Shown here: positions 29,073-38,894 of the stretch, in pieces
Layout of the letters: every line of letters begins with the position of its first letter
How positions within the stretch are numbered: the first letter of the stretch is position 1
NCBI GenBank assembly: GCA_017302635.1
Contig: JAFLCX010000002.1
Location: 1,129,979-1,193,978, forward strand
Source: Hyphomicrobiales bacterium
GTDB taxonomy: Bacteria > Pseudomonadota > Alphaproteobacteria > Rhizobiales > Beijerinckiaceae
DNA length: 64,000 nt
Direction: 5' to 3'
Made by a program: the position numbers and the translations under genes
Notes under the pieces: model-generated
What the model saw: the letters and a program-made list of their open reading frames with translations, nothing else
Told to the model about the DNA's origin: nothing
The model's database searches: none

Positions 29073-30350
29073 TTAACCAGCCTGTCCGTTGGCGGGAGCC
29101 TGCTTGTCCGGCGTTCGGCTGCCGAACCCGACCTTGTCCATCACCCAGCGAAAGCCTTTGACAACGCCCTGGCGCGAGAGCTCCAGCATGGCATCCTGCG
29201 CCCGGGCCAGAACGGTCCCGACAGGGACCGCTTCGGCAGCCGCGAGCGGGACAGTCTGGATTACGCGCCCCTCGACCATGATCTCCAGCCGGGCAATCTG
29301 CTGTCCCTGAGCAATCGGGGCACGCACCGGGCCAAGATAGGCGACCCGAAGGCTCGCCGCATCCTGCGAGGCCCGCAGAACCGGCAAGCGCAGATCGCGC
29401 TGCACCTTCAGCGGCACAAAGCCTCGATTGCCGCCATAGACCGAAGCCTCGCCGACAATCGTTTCGGCCGGAAACAGCGAACGGATCTCAAACCGCCGGA
29501 ACCCCCACTCGATCAGCTTGCGTGCTTCCAGTGCACGCTCCGAAACGGTTTCGAGGCTGCCGATCCCCAGAACGAGCCGCCGTCCACCCTGCACGGCCGA
29601 GCCGATCAGGTGATGCGTGCCTTCCGGTGTCGAGCCGGTCATGAGCCCATCCGCGCCGATATCCATCGTCAGGAGCGGATTTCGGCTCACCTGCCGGTTC
29701 CGGCCATAGGGCATATCGCGCTGGGCAAAAAGCGGGTAACTTTCCGGATATGTTTCAATGAGATGGGCTGAGAGTTTCACCAAATCTCGCAACGTGCCCT
29801 TTTGCCCTTCGGCGGCAAAACCCGTGGCATTGCGGAAGGATAGCCCCGAAAGTCCGAGCTCGAGTGCATAGGCGTTCATCGCTGCCACAAAGCGCGCCTC
29901 GCTGCCCGAAATATTCTCCGCAAGCGCGATCGCGGCATCATTGGCTGAGCCAACGACAAGTCCGGTGATCAGATCGCCGACTTTCACGACCTTGTTGGGC
30001 GTGATGAGCATGTTCGGCCCGCCCGTGACCGCCCCGCCGCGCCGCCAGGCATCGGTCGAGGCGACCATATCCTGATCGAGCTTGAGCCGCCCCTCCTTCA
30101 GTTCGCGGAACACAACGGCAGCGGTCATGATCTTGGTGAGCGCCGCCGGATTGATCGGCTGATCGGCATTCCGCTCAAAAAGGATTGTATGCGTTTCGAA
30201 ATCGTAGAGAACCGCCTGCTGGGCCGCGGTGTCGAACGAGGAAGCGCGTTCGGGTTGCGGAGCCTGCGCGGAGGCGGAAAGATCGAGAAAAAGCGCTGCG
30301 GCCGCGAGCCAGCCGCCCATTCCAGCGCCCAATCGGCCTCGCATTCCCAT
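29073..30350 (-). CDS. PBP5-type D-alanyl-D-alanine carboxypeptidase-like protein (peptidase S11) with Ala at the SxxK serine position
   Basis: Signal peptide after ATG 30350/30344. Reads PAALTKIMT where S11 enzymes have PASLTKMMT. The SxN motif GSANDAA is present. Conserved position next to rlpA. Confidence 0.8.
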   Translation of the reverse strand: MGMRGRLGAGMGGWLAAAALFLDLSASAQAPQPERASSFDTAAQQAVLYDFETHTILFERNADQPINPAALTKIMTAAVVFRELKEGRLKLDQDMVASTDAWRRGGAVTGGPNMLITPNKVVKVGDLITGLVVGSANDAAIALAENISGSEARFVAAMNAYALELGLSGLSFRNATGFAAEGQKGTLRDLVKLSAHLIETYPESYPLFAQRDMPYGRNRQVSRNPLLTMDIGADGLMTGSTPEGTHHLIGSAVQGGRRLVLGIGSLETVSERALEARKLIEWGFRRFEIRSLFPAETIVGEASVYGGNRGFVPLKVQRDLRLPVLRASQDAASLRVAYLGPVRAPIAQGQQIARLEIMVEGRVIQTVPLAAAEAVPVGTVLARAQDAMLELSRQGVVKGFRWVMDKVGFGSRTPDKQAPANGQAG

Positions 30351-30472
30351 TCTTCGCGCTCCGCAAATGCCTGCCGGCACTCGTAGTGTTGTGACGCCTG
30401 AATACGCGATAATCAACGGCGATTGCTGTGCCGGGCCAAGTTATCCGGGCCCGTTATCGAGGGCAGAGAGTC

Positions 30473-31504
30473 TTACTGGCCTTCGCCGACCCGCTGAAGC
30501 GGTGTTTTCAGCCAATGCTGCTCGCCGCTCGAGGCGCGGCCGAAGGTCGTGAGCAATCCGGCGGTATCCGTCATTGCCAGTTCAACCGGCGATGCCTTCG
30601 GCAGGCCGATTGGCGCGACGGGTTGTGCAGCACCGCCGATGGTCTCGAGGTCGAATGGCCGCGCCGGTGGAACCGGAAGTTCTGGAGCGGGCGTGAAGCG
30701 CGTGGCGGTCACGACGCCCGCATTCGCTTGCCCCGGCGTCGAGATTGCGGCAGGAGCGACCGGAGTCGCAGGCTGCGACGAGAACCCGAGAGCGCGGGCT
30801 TCCGTCGGTGCGGCCTGACGCGGAACGGCGCTCGCCACCGGGATGGCCGAGGCGACCATCACGGGTGCGGATGTTCCTCCCGGCACGCTCGCCGGGCCAT
30901 TCGTGCGCAGGGAGGCCACGAGACGTTGGTCATCGGAGCCGGCCAGAGAGGCTGGACCCATATAGTCGATTCGTACGCGCGCCGTGCCGAGATGCTTGAA
31001 GCCCAGGAGGTTCGCTGTCCGCTCCGAGACATCGACAATCCGCCCGCCATGATAGGGGCCGCGATCGTTCACACGCACGATGATCGAGTGATTGTTTCGT
31101 GTGTTGGTCACGCGTGCGTAAGACGGCAGCGGCATCGTGGGATGCGCCGCGGAGATCATGTTGCGATCATAAATCTCGCCATTGGCGGTTTTGCGACCGT
31201 GAAATGCGACGCCATACCAGGAGGCATTGCCGGCCTGGGAGAAGCCCTCTGGCTTCTCGCGCGGCACATATCGCCGGCCTGCAACGACATAAGGTCGGCC
31301 AACCTGATAGCGCCCGCCGCCCTTCGGCGCGGTTTCATCCATCCCCACCACGCGCGGGCTCGCCTGACCATATTTCGGATGGGAGAATGCACCGATCTCG
31401 CGGGACTTGTGGTTCCCGCTCGAGCGCTGGGGCTGGGAGGCGCAATTTGCGAGCACGAGGGCCAGAGCCGAAACAAAGCCGACCCGCGAAGCAACGCGCA
31501 GCAT
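30473..31504 (-). CDS. rlpA: Septal ring lytic transglycosylase RlpA-family lipoprotein
   Basis: ATG 31504 gives a lipoprotein signal (LALVLANC). DPBB domain (GNASWYGVAFHGRKTANGEIYD, VRVNDRGPY). Confidence 0.85.
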   Translation of the reverse strand: MLRVASRVGFVSALALVLANCASQPQRSSGNHKSREIGAFSHPKYGQASPRVVGMDETAPKGGGRYQVGRPYVVAGRRYVPREKPEGFSQAGNASWYGVAFHGRKTANGEIYDRNMISAAHPTMPLPSYARVTNTRNNHSIIVRVNDRGPYHGGRIVDVSERTANLLGFKHLGTARVRIDYMGPASLAGSDDQRLVASLRTNGPASVPGGTSAPVMVASAIPVASAVPRQAAPTEARALGFSSQPATPVAPAAISTPGQANAGVVTATRFTPAPELPVPPARPFDLETIGGAAQPVAPIGLPKASPVELAMTDTAGLLTTFGRASSGEQHWLKTPLQRVGEGQ

Positions 31505-31713
31505 GCCCTGTTCCTTCCGCTCCACGATACCGAGCCCGTTTTTCTGCATGAGTCCCAAACCCCGGCTCGCCCTAGTCTACCAGCGATGAACGCCAGTGCA
31601 ACGAGAAGCAAAAAAAGCGATGCGTCACCTTAACGAAAAGGCGACCATGGCCTTGGGGTAAGTGCGAAGCGAGCAACGGTCAAGCGGGTTCACACCGCGC
31701 GGTTTCGTCTTCG

Positions 31714-32103
31714 TTAACGCCGCGCGAGGCGCGCCTTGCCTGTCGAGCCGTCATCACGCCGCCAGATGACAGCGCTGGGACCGGCCCTTTCCAGCGTGAA
31801 ACAGAAGCGGCGGCCTTTGTACCACTGCTCCCACTGCTGGCAGAGCTGGTTACCGGTGATCCACCAGCGCCCCTTGTCGGTGGGGGCGAGCCAGCGCCCG
31901 AGACCAACCGCCTCGCCCGAGCCATCCACGCGCCCATCGGCAAAATAGGTGAGCGGCAGTTCGCCGCCGAGCGGAGTTGCGAGATAGATGCGGTTTTGGG
32001 TCACGACCCGGCGCATTTCGTCGCCGGACAGAAGTTTTTCGGATGCATTGGCGAGAACGGGGCTCGCGGCCGCGACGAAGGCTGCAGCAAGGGCCAGACG
32101 CAT
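31714..32103 (-). CDS. Hypothetical secreted protein (possibly DUF995-like)
   Basis: ATG 32103 gives the signal peptide MRLALAAAFVAAASPVLA. About 129 aa, Trp/Cys-containing C-terminal half (GRWWITGNQLCQQWEQWYKGRRFCF). The family call is from memory and uncertain. Confidence 0.5.
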   Translation of the reverse strand: MRLALAAAFVAAASPVLANASEKLLSGDEMRRVVTQNRIYLATPLGGELPLTYFADGRVDGSGEAVGLGRWLAPTDKGRWWITGNQLCQQWEQWYKGRRFCFTLERAGPSAVIWRRDDGSTGKARLARR

Positions 32104-32221
32104 GAAATGTCTCCGATCCTGTTGGAACACATCCCGCTTACGTAAGAGGCGCGCGATCCGATCACGCGAAAATGTCGCAGGGCTTGATTGGCGCGGCCAA
32201 ATGGTTCAACGAGCATGCGCC

Positions 32222-32311
32222 GGATGGGTGGCCGAGTGGTTTAAGGCAGCGGTCTTGAAAACCGCCGTAGGTGCAAGCTTACCGTGAGTTCGAATCTCAC
32301 CCCATCCGCCA
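32222..32311 (+). tRNA. tRNA-Ser (anticodon UGA)
   Basis: Hand-folded cloverleaf: acceptor GGATGGG/CCCATCC, anticodon stem GCGGT/ACCGC with loop CTTGAAA, long variable arm, T-arm GTGAG-TTCGAAT-CTCAC, encoded CCA. Confidence 0.95.
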
Positions 32312-32323
32312 TCGCCTGGACAA

Positions 32324-32376
32324 GCATCGTCCGGGGGGCAATGGCAAAGAACAAAGACCTTCCGCCCGGACGATGC
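32324..32376. terminator. 12-bp perfect inverted repeat between tRNA-Ser and fnr (possible bidirectional terminator)
   Basis: GCATCGTCCGGG (32324-32335) pairs with CCCGGACGATGC (32365-32376), 29-nt loop, no U-tract. Confidence 0.35.
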
Positions 32377-32399
32377 GCCCGAAACGCGCCACCCACCAC

Positions 32400-33149
32400 T
32401 CAATTCCCCAGCACGTCCTCGAGCTTGGCGGCATCGAGGATGCGCACGCCATCGGGCACATCGAGGATGATGCGCTCGCGCATCCAGCGCGCCAGGGTGC
32501 GGGAGACGGTTTCGATCGTCAGCCCGAGATGATCGGCGATATCCTGCCGGCCCATTGGCAGCGGCAAGGTGGGCGTATTGCCCTGAACACGCTTCAGGCG
32601 CTGCCACCATTTGAGCAGGAACGACGCGACGCGCTCCTCCGCCCGGCGGCGGCCAAGCACCACCATATGCTCCTGCGCAATGGCGAGTTCGTGCGAGGCG
32701 ACCTCGTGCATCTTGCGCATGAGGTTGGGATGCTTGTCGATCAGGTTCATGAAACGGTGACGGTCGAACCGGCAGGCGGTGACCGGGGTCAAGGCATCGG
32801 CGGTGATTCCGAACCGTGGCTCCAGCGACAGGCCGAGAAAGTCGCCGGGCATCGCAAAGCCCACAATCTGGCGCCGGCCATCAGGCAGATCATAGTGCAG
32901 CCGCACCGTGCCCGAGGTGAGGGTGTAGAGCGAGCCCGCTTCGTCGCCCTGTTCGAACAGGGTCGATTTCGGTTGGAAATTCACATGATGCATGATGGCT
33001 TCAAGCTCATGAATCTCATGAGGCTCAAGCGCTGCGCAGACGGCCAACAGCCGGATGCGGCAGTTTTCGCACAAGGACTTGCATCCACTCGTTGAAACGC
33101 AAGCCGTTGGCGCAAACAACGGTTCCGGTAGACCGGATTGAAGCTCCAT
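32400..33149 (-). CDS. fnr: Crp/Fnr-family oxygen-responsive regulator (FnrL/FnrN type)
   Basis: N-terminal Cys cluster C-x5-C-x3-C-x2-C (CVSTSGCKSLCENC), cNMP-binding-like domain, C-terminal HTH (RQDIADHLGLTIETVSRTL). ATG 33149 has GGGGGAA 6 nt upstream. Alternative starts run up to 33188/33263. Confidence 0.85.
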   Translation of the reverse strand: MELQSGLPEPLFAPTACVSTSGCKSLCENCRIRLLAVCAALEPHEIHELEAIMHHVNFQPKSTLFEQGDEAGSLYTLTSGTVRLHYDLPDGRRQIVGFAMPGDFLGLSLEPRFGITADALTPVTACRFDRHRFMNLIDKHPNLMRKMHEVASHELAIAQEHMVVLGRRRAEERVASFLLKWWQRLKRVQGNTPTLPLPMGRQDIADHLGLTIETVSRTLARWMRERIILDVPDGVRILDAAKLEDVLGN

Positions 33150-33271
33150 CCGCATTTCCCCCGTCTGATGCATTCTGGATACCTGCATGAAAGCCTGCGG
33201 GCAATCCGGGGTTTGAGCCAAAATGTCGCACCCCTTATCGCCTTTGGTCGGACGTCGCGACATGGCGGCGC

Positions 33272-33285
33272 TTGATCCCGATCAA
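33272..33285. promoter_or_regulatory. FNR/FixK box (anaerobox)
   Basis: Perfect TTGAT-CCCG-ATCAA in the fnr/ccoN divergent spacer, centred about 76 nt upstream of the ccoN ATG. Confidence 0.7.
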
Positions 33286-33354
33286 GGAAAGCCTTCGCCC
33301 CCTCCCACATGGTGCGCCGCAATACCACACGTGTGAATCGATACGGAGAGGGGC

Positions 33355-35010
33355 ATGGCCACTGGGGCAATTCGCAACATGACGGGAGGAGAGCAGTTCG
33401 GCGCGCTGGCGCTGGCGCTGTTCGGCATCTTCTGTCTCATCATCGCCGGGCTTACCGAAAGCGGGCCCTACGCGTTTCACATGGTTGTTTTCGCGCTGGC
33501 GAGCACCTGGGCGTTTCGCGCGCTGATCGTGCGACGGTATCATGGCCAGGGCCCGGAGCCGGATTTCATTGACGGCAAGCCGAACTACAATTTCGGCCCG
33601 GTGAAGTTCTCGACCGTCGCGGCGATGTTCTGGGGGATTGCGGGCTTTCTTGTGGGCCTCGTGATCGCGCTTCAGCTCGCCTTCCCGGTTCTGAACCTCG
33701 ATATGCCCTGGACCAATTTCGGGCGCCTGAGGCCGCTGCACACCTCGGCAGTGATTTTCGCTTTCGGCGGCAACGTGCTGCTCGCAACATCCTTCTATGT
33801 TGTGCAGCGCACCTGCCATGCGCGCCTCGCGGGCGATATCGCCCCGTGGTTTGTGGTTCTGGGCTACAACCTCTTCATCGTGATCGCGGGCACGGGCTAC
33901 CTGCTCGGCATCACGCAGGGCAAGGAATATGCCGAGCCGGAATGGTATGCTGACCTCTTCCTCACGGTCGTCTGGGTGGTCTACCTGCTCGTGTTCCTCG
34001 CGACGATCTGGAAGCGCAAGGAGCCGCATATCTATGTGGCGAACTGGTTCTATCTCGGCTTCATCGTCACGATCGCGGTGCTGCATTTGGGCAATAACGC
34101 GACCATTCCGGTCTCGATCACCTCGCCCAAGAGCTACATCGTCTGGTCCGGCGTGCAGGATGCGATGTTCCAGTGGTGGTATGGCCACAATGCGGTGGGC
34201 TTCTTCCTCACCGCCGGCTTCCTCGCCATCATGTATTATTTCATCCCGAAGCGGGCCGAGCGGCCGGTCTATTCCTATCGGCTCTCGATCATCCATTTCT
34301 GGGCACTGATCTTCCTCTACATCTGGGCTGGTCCGCACCATCTGCATTACACCGCCCTGCCCGATTGGGCGCAGACACTCGGCATGACCTTCTCGATCAT
34401 GCTCTGGATGCCCTCGTGGGGTGGCATGATCAATGGCCTGATGACGCTCTCGGGCGCATGGGACAAGCTGCGCACTGACCCCGTACTGCGCATGATGGTG
34501 GTGTCGGTCGCCTTCTACGGCATGAGCACGTTCGAGGGCCCGCTGATGTCCATCAAGGCGGTGAACTCGCTGAGTCATTACACTGACTGGACCATCGGCC
34601 ACGTGCATTCCGGCGCGCTGGGCTGGGTGGGCTACGTGTCCTTCGGTGCGATCTACTGCCTCGTGCCGTGGCTTTGGAAGAAGGAGCGGCTCTATTCCAA
34701 CCGTCTGGTGGAATGGCACTTCTGGATCTCCACGATCGGCATCGTGCTTTACATCTCGGCGATGTGGGTCTCGGGGATCATGCAGGGCCTGATGTGGCGT
34801 GCTTACACGAGCCTTGGCTATCTCGAGTACTCCTTCATCGAGACGGTCGCGGCCATGCATCCTTACTACGTCATCCGCGCTCTGGGCGGCGGCCTCTTCC
34901 TCGCCGGCGCGCTGATCATGGTCTTCAACCTGATCATGACGGTGCGTGCCGCGCCGGATGTCAAAGCCACCCAGCCTGCTCCCGCTCCCGGCCTTCAGCC
35001 GGCCGAGTGA
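33355..35010 (+). CDS. ccoN: cbb3-type cytochrome c oxidase subunit I
   Basis: 551 aa polytopic heme-copper oxidase ([26 protein letters not shown]). Confidence 0.95.
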   Translation: MATGAIRNMTGGEQFGALALALFGIFCLIIAGLTESGPYAFHMVVFALASTWAFRALIVRRYHGQGPEPDFIDGKPNYNFGPVKFSTVAAMFWGIAGFLVGLVIALQLAFPVLNLDMPWTNFGRLRPLHTSAVIFAFGGNVLLATSFYVVQRTCHARLAGDIAPWFVVLGYNLFIVIAGTGYLLGITQGKEYAEPEWYADLFLTVVWVVYLLVFLATIWKRKEPHIYVANWFYLGFIVTIAVLHLGNNATIPVSITSPKSYIVWSGVQDAMFQWWYGHNAVGFFLTAGFLAIMYYFIPKRAERPVYSYRLSIIHFWALIFLYIWAGPHHLHYTALPDWAQTLGMTFSIMLWMPSWGGMINGLMTLSGAWDKLRTDPVLRMMVVSVAFYGMSTFEGPLMSIKAVNSLSHYTDWTIGHVHSGALGWVGYVSFGAIYCLVPWLWKKERLYSNRLVEWHFWISTIGIVLYISAMWVSGIMQGLMWRAYTSLGYLEYSFIETVAAMHPYYVIRALGGGLFLAGALIMVFNLIMTVRAAPDVKATQPAPAPGLQPAE

Positions 35011-35039
35011 GCGCGTTCAAAACAGGTCAGGAAAAGACA

Positions 35040-35807
35040 ATGTCCGATATCTCACAAACCCCTGCACCCAAGCGTTCGATCTGGTCGCGTCACAAGATTT
35101 TCGAGACCAACTCGATCATCATGATCCTGGGCGTCCTCGTCGTGATCTCGATCGGTGGCCTCGTTGAAATCGCGCCGCTCTTCTACCTCAAATCGACGAT
35201 CGAGAAGGTCGATGGCATGCGTCCCTACACCCCGCTCGAACTCGCGGGCCGGGCGATCTATGTCCGCGAAGGCTGCTACAACTGCCATAGCCAGATGATC
35301 CGTCCGTTGCGCGACGAGGTGGAGCGTTACGGGCCCTACAGCCTCGCGGCCGAGTCGATGTATGACAAGCCGTTCCAGTGGGGCTCGAAACGCACGGGGC
35401 CGGACCTCGCGCGCGTCGGCGGCAAATACTCGGATGACTGGCATCTCCAGCATCTGAACACGCCGCGGCAGATCGTTCCGCAATCGATCATGCCCGGCTA
35501 TCCATTCCTTGCGAAGACCGATCTCGAATATGGCGATATCGGCACCGCGATGAAGGTCCAGAGCTTCACCGGCATCCCCTATTCGGCCGCGATGATGGAA
35601 TCCGCGATCGATGATCTGCGGGCTCAGACTGACCCTGATCATCCGAAAGCCGCGGATTTCGCCAAGCGCTACCCGAAGGCGAATGTGCGTGATTTCGACG
35701 GCAATCCGCAGCGGATCACGGAAGCTGATGCCCTGATCGCCTATCTCCAGGTGCTCGGAACGCTCGTCGACTTCAAGACCTACGACAACAAAGCCAACCT
35801 GCGCTGA
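35040..35807 (+). CDS. ccoO: cbb3-type cytochrome c oxidase subunit II (monoheme)
   Basis: ATG 35040 (MSDISQ...) chosen inside ORF 34668..35807. TM anchor plus the CYNCHS heme-c site. Confidence 0.93.
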   Translation: MSDISQTPAPKRSIWSRHKIFETNSIIMILGVLVVISIGGLVEIAPLFYLKSTIEKVDGMRPYTPLELAGRAIYVREGCYNCHSQMIRPLRDEVERYGPYSLAAESMYDKPFQWGSKRTGPDLARVGGKYSDDWHLQHLNTPRQIVPQSIMPGYPFLAKTDLEYGDIGTAMKVQSFTGIPYSAAMMESAIDDLRAQTDPDHPKAADFAKRYPKANVRDFDGNPQRITEADALIAYLQVLGTLVDFKTYDNKANLR

Positions 35808-35818
35808 GGAGGAGCATC

Positions 35819-35974
35819 ATGGCCAATATGTACGCTTTCCTCGCCAACATCGCGCAAGGCGTAGGGGTTCTCTACTTCATGGGGATTTTCCTCGCCGTCT
35901 GTGTCTACGCGCTCTGGCCCTCGAACCGCTCGAAGTTCGACACCGCCGCGCACCTGCCGCTCGAAAAGGATTAA
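35819..35974 (+). CDS. ccoQ: cbb3-type cytochrome c oxidase subunit CcoQ/FixQ
   Basis: 51-aa ORF below the ORF-track cutoff: MANMYAFLANIAQGVGVLYFMGIFLAVCVYALWPSNRSKFDTAAHLPLEKD. GAGGAGGAG lies upstream. Position between ccoO and ccoP. Confidence 0.85.
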   Translation: MANMYAFLANIAQGVGVLYFMGIFLAVCVYALWPSNRSKFDTAAHLPLEKD

Positions 35975-35978
35975 TGTC

Positions 35979-36866
35979 ATGGCCAGCCACGATCACAACC
36001 ACGACATCGATGCCGTTTCGGGCACCGCGACGACGGGCCATGTCTGGGACGATATCCGTGAACTGAACACACCCCTGCCCCGCTGGTGGCTGTGGACCTT
36101 TTATCTCACGATCCTCTGGTCGATCGGCTACTGGATCGTCTATCCGGCCTGGCCGCTGATCGCGAACCACACGAGGGGCGTGTTCGGCTATTCGAGCCGG
36201 GCGGAAGTGGCGGTCGAGCTTCAGCAGCTCGAGTCCGTGCGCGATCGTCAGGCCGCAGCTTTGCGCACCGCTTCGGTCGATGACATCCGCAATGATCCGA
36301 CCCTGCTGCGCATGGCGACGGCGCGCGGACGGGCGGCCTTCGGCGACAACTGCGCCGGTTGCCACAATCAGGGCGGCTCCGGGGTGGGCGTGTTCCCGAA
36401 CCTGACGGATGACGAATGGATCTGGGGTGGCAAGCTCGCCGATATCCAGACCACCATCCGTCACGGTATCCGCTGGGAGCAGGATGCGAACTCGCGTGCG
36501 GGCCAGATGCTGGCTTTCGGACGCACGGGCGTGCTCAAACCGGCTGAAATCGAGACGGTGGTCGAATATGTCCGCTCGATCGCGAAGCTGGATGTTGCCA
36601 ACGGCGCCGATCTGGCTGCCGGCACCAAGCTTTACGCCGACAATTGTGCGAGCTGCCATGGCGAGAAGGCCAAGGGCAATCCTGAACTGGGCGCCCCCGA
36701 CCTGACCGATGCGATCTGGCTGTATGGCTCGTCCCGCGCGGCGATGGTGGAGAGCATTGCCAATGGCCGAGCTGGCGTCATGCCGGCCTGGGGAAGCCGT
36801 CTCGACGAAGTGACGATCAAGTCGCTTACAGTTTATGTCCACAGCCTCGGAGGTGGCCAGAAGTGA
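35979..36866 (+). CDS. ccoP: cbb3-type cytochrome c oxidase subunit III (diheme)
   Basis: ATG 35979 (MASHDHNHD...). TM anchor and two CxxCH sites (CAGCHN, CASCHG). Confidence 0.93.
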   Translation: MASHDHNHDIDAVSGTATTGHVWDDIRELNTPLPRWWLWTFYLTILWSIGYWIVYPAWPLIANHTRGVFGYSSRAEVAVELQQLESVRDRQAAALRTASVDDIRNDPTLLRMATARGRAAFGDNCAGCHNQGGSGVGVFPNLTDDEWIWGGKLADIQTTIRHGIRWEQDANSRAGQMLAFGRTGVLKPAEIETVVEYVRSIAKLDVANGADLAAGTKLYADNCASCHGEKAKGNPELGAPDLTDAIWLYGSSRAAMVESIANGRAGVMPAWGSRLDEVTIKSLTVYVHSLGGGQK

Positions 36867-38314
36867 GTACCCAGCCCCTTGCGGATGACGACCGCGACCA
36901 GCCTCTCTACGAGGCAACGAAAAAGGTCTATCCGCAAGGGGTGAGCGGCTGGTTCCGCCGGCTCAAATGGATCATTCTCAGCATATGCCTCGGCATCTAT
37001 TATCTGCTGCCCTTCGTGCGCTGGGACCGCGGGCCTTACCTGCCCAATCAGGCCGTGCTGATCGATTTTCCGGCACGCCGGTTCTATTTCTTCTTCGTCG
37101 AAATCTGGCCTCAGGAGGTCTATTACCTCACGGGCCTCCTGATCCTTGCGGCTCTTGCGCTCTTCCTGATGAACGCCGTCGCGGGGCGCATCTGGTGCGG
37201 CTATCTCTGCCCACAGACGGTCTGGACGGACCTCTATCTCTCCGTCGAACGCCTCATTGAAGGCGACCGGCGCGAGCGTATTCAGCGCGACTCAGGCCCG
37301 TGGACGGCGGGCAAGGTCGGGCTGAAGCTCTCCAAGCATTTCATATGGATCATGATCGCGTGGTGGACCGGTGGTGCCTGGGTGCTCTATTTCGCCGATG
37401 CTCCGACCCTCGTGAAGGATCTTGCCTCGCTCGAAGCGCCTTTCGCAGCCTATCTCTGGATCGGGATCCTGACCTTCACGACCTATGCGCTGGCCGGTTT
37501 CATGCGGGAGCAGGTGTGCCTCTACATGTGCCCCTGGCCGCGCATTCAGGCCGCCCTGACCGATCAGGATGCACTCAACGTGGCCTATCGCTACGATCGT
37601 GGCGAGCCGCGCATGTCGCTCAAGCAGGCGACCCGAATCAAGGCCATCGGCGAGCCGGCGGGCGACTGCATCGATTGCAATCAATGCGTCGCCGTGTGCC
37701 CCACGGGGGTCGATATCCGCGAGGGCGCGCAGCTCGGCTGCATCCAGTGCGGCCTCTGCATTGATGCCTGCGATACGGTGATGGCCAAGATCAACCGGCC
37801 CACTGGCCTGATCGCCTACGATACGGACCAAGCCATCAAGGCGCGTGCCTGCGGCACAACGCCGCCGCCGCGCAGGCTCGTGCGTGCCCGAACCATCCTC
37901 TACGCGGCGGTTATCGCCTTGGTCGGCGCCCTGATGGTCTATGGCCTCGCGACCCGTTCGATGCTCGACCTGAGTGTCCTTCACGAGCGCACGCCGCTGT
38001 TCACACAGCTTCGCGATGGCGCGATCCGGAACAATTTCACGCTCAGAATCGCCAACAAGCGCCCTGAATCGCGGTTGGTGAGCGTCAGCGTCAGCGGGAT
38101 TGCCGGAGCAACGACTGAACTCATCGGCGCGAACCCCGTTCCCGGACGTCCGGGCGTCGTGGAGGTCGGCCCGGATCAAACTCTGGAATTCAAGCTTCTC
38201 GTCACGGTGCCGCGCGCTGCGCTCGATGGCCCCAAGGCGATGATCCAGATCAAGGCGCAGGATTTGACCATCAACGACATTCGAACGGTGCAAGAAAACT
38301 TCTTCGGCCCCTGA
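36863..38314 (+). CDS. ccoG: cbb3 oxidase accessory 4Fe-4S protein CcoG/FixG
   Basis: 483 aa, TM helices, ferredoxin motifs CIDCNQCVAVCP and CIQCGLCIDAC. 4-nt overlap with ccoP. Confidence 0.92.
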   Translation: MSTQPLADDDRDQPLYEATKKVYPQGVSGWFRRLKWIILSICLGIYYLLPFVRWDRGPYLPNQAVLIDFPARRFYFFFVEIWPQEVYYLTGLLILAALALFLMNAVAGRIWCGYLCPQTVWTDLYLSVERLIEGDRRERIQRDSGPWTAGKVGLKLSKHFIWIMIAWWTGGAWVLYFADAPTLVKDLASLEAPFAAYLWIGILTFTTYALAGFMREQVCLYMCPWPRIQAALTDQDALNVAYRYDRGEPRMSLKQATRIKAIGEPAGDCIDCNQCVAVCPTGVDIREGAQLGCIQCGLCIDACDTVMAKINRPTGLIAYDTDQAIKARACGTTPPPRRLVRARTILYAAVIALVGALMVYGLATRSMLDLSVLHERTPLFTQLRDGAIRNNFTLRIANKRPESRLVSVSVSGIAGATTELIGANPVPGRPGVVEVGPDQTLEFKLLVTVPRAALDGPKAMIQIKAQDLTINDIRTVQENFFGP

Positions 38315-38321
38315 GGGCGTC

Positions 38322-38894
38322 ATGAGCTGCTGCGGAGCCTTTGTCATGCCGGTTGATCTGCCCGAACGTGTGGCACCACCCGTTCCTCGCGCGGAATTCC
38401 GCCTCACGGGCTGGCACGTGCTGGCCATGCTGCTGACGTTTTTTGCGATTGTGGCCGGGGTCAATGGTTACATGCTGCGTCAGGCGCTGACGACCATGCC
38501 GGGGCTTGATGCGGGCCGGAATGGCTATGATGTGAGCCAGAATTTCAACCGCGACGAGTTCGCGGCGGCGAATGCGCAGGTCCAGCGCAACTGGCAGAGC
38601 GATGCCAGACTTCAGCTCTCTGGGGGAGTGCTGACCCTGGCGCTCACCTTCCGGGACCGGCAGGGTCAGGCGCTGAATAATCTCGCGGTGACGGCCCTTC
38701 TTGCTCACCCAGCTGCGCGAAGGCTTGACCGCGCCATTGCGCTGATCCCGCGCGGCGATGGGCGGTACGAAGCCCGCGTTCCGCAAGTGGATGCCGGGGC
38801 CTGGGGTCTCGTGATCGAGGCCAGAGCCGCAGATGCCGAGAATCGCCTGTTCCTGTCACGCCACCGCGTCATTCTGCGGGATGAAGGCCGATGA
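38322..38894 (+). CDS. ccoH: cbb3 oxidase assembly protein CcoH/FixH
   Basis: 190-aa ORF with one TM helix (WHVLAMLLTFFAIVAGVNGYML), positioned between ccoG and ccoI. ATG 38346 is an alternative start. Confidence 0.8.
   Translation: MSCCGAFVMPVDLPERVAPPVPRAEFRLTGWHVLAMLLTFFAIVAGVNGYMLRQALTTMPGLDAGRNGYDVSQNFNRDEFAAANAQVQRNWQSDARLQLSGGVLTLALTFRDRQGQALNNLAVTALLAHPAARRLDRAIALIPRGDGRYEARVPQVDAGAWGLVIEARAADAENRLFLSRHRVILRDEGR

Noticed and set aside
33235-34860. 541-aa - strand ORF
   Set aside because: Antisense to ccoN. His/Arg/Asp-rich translation with no fold signal. The same reasoning applies to 6011..7531 (antisense to lpd), 44222..45523 and 49619..50824.
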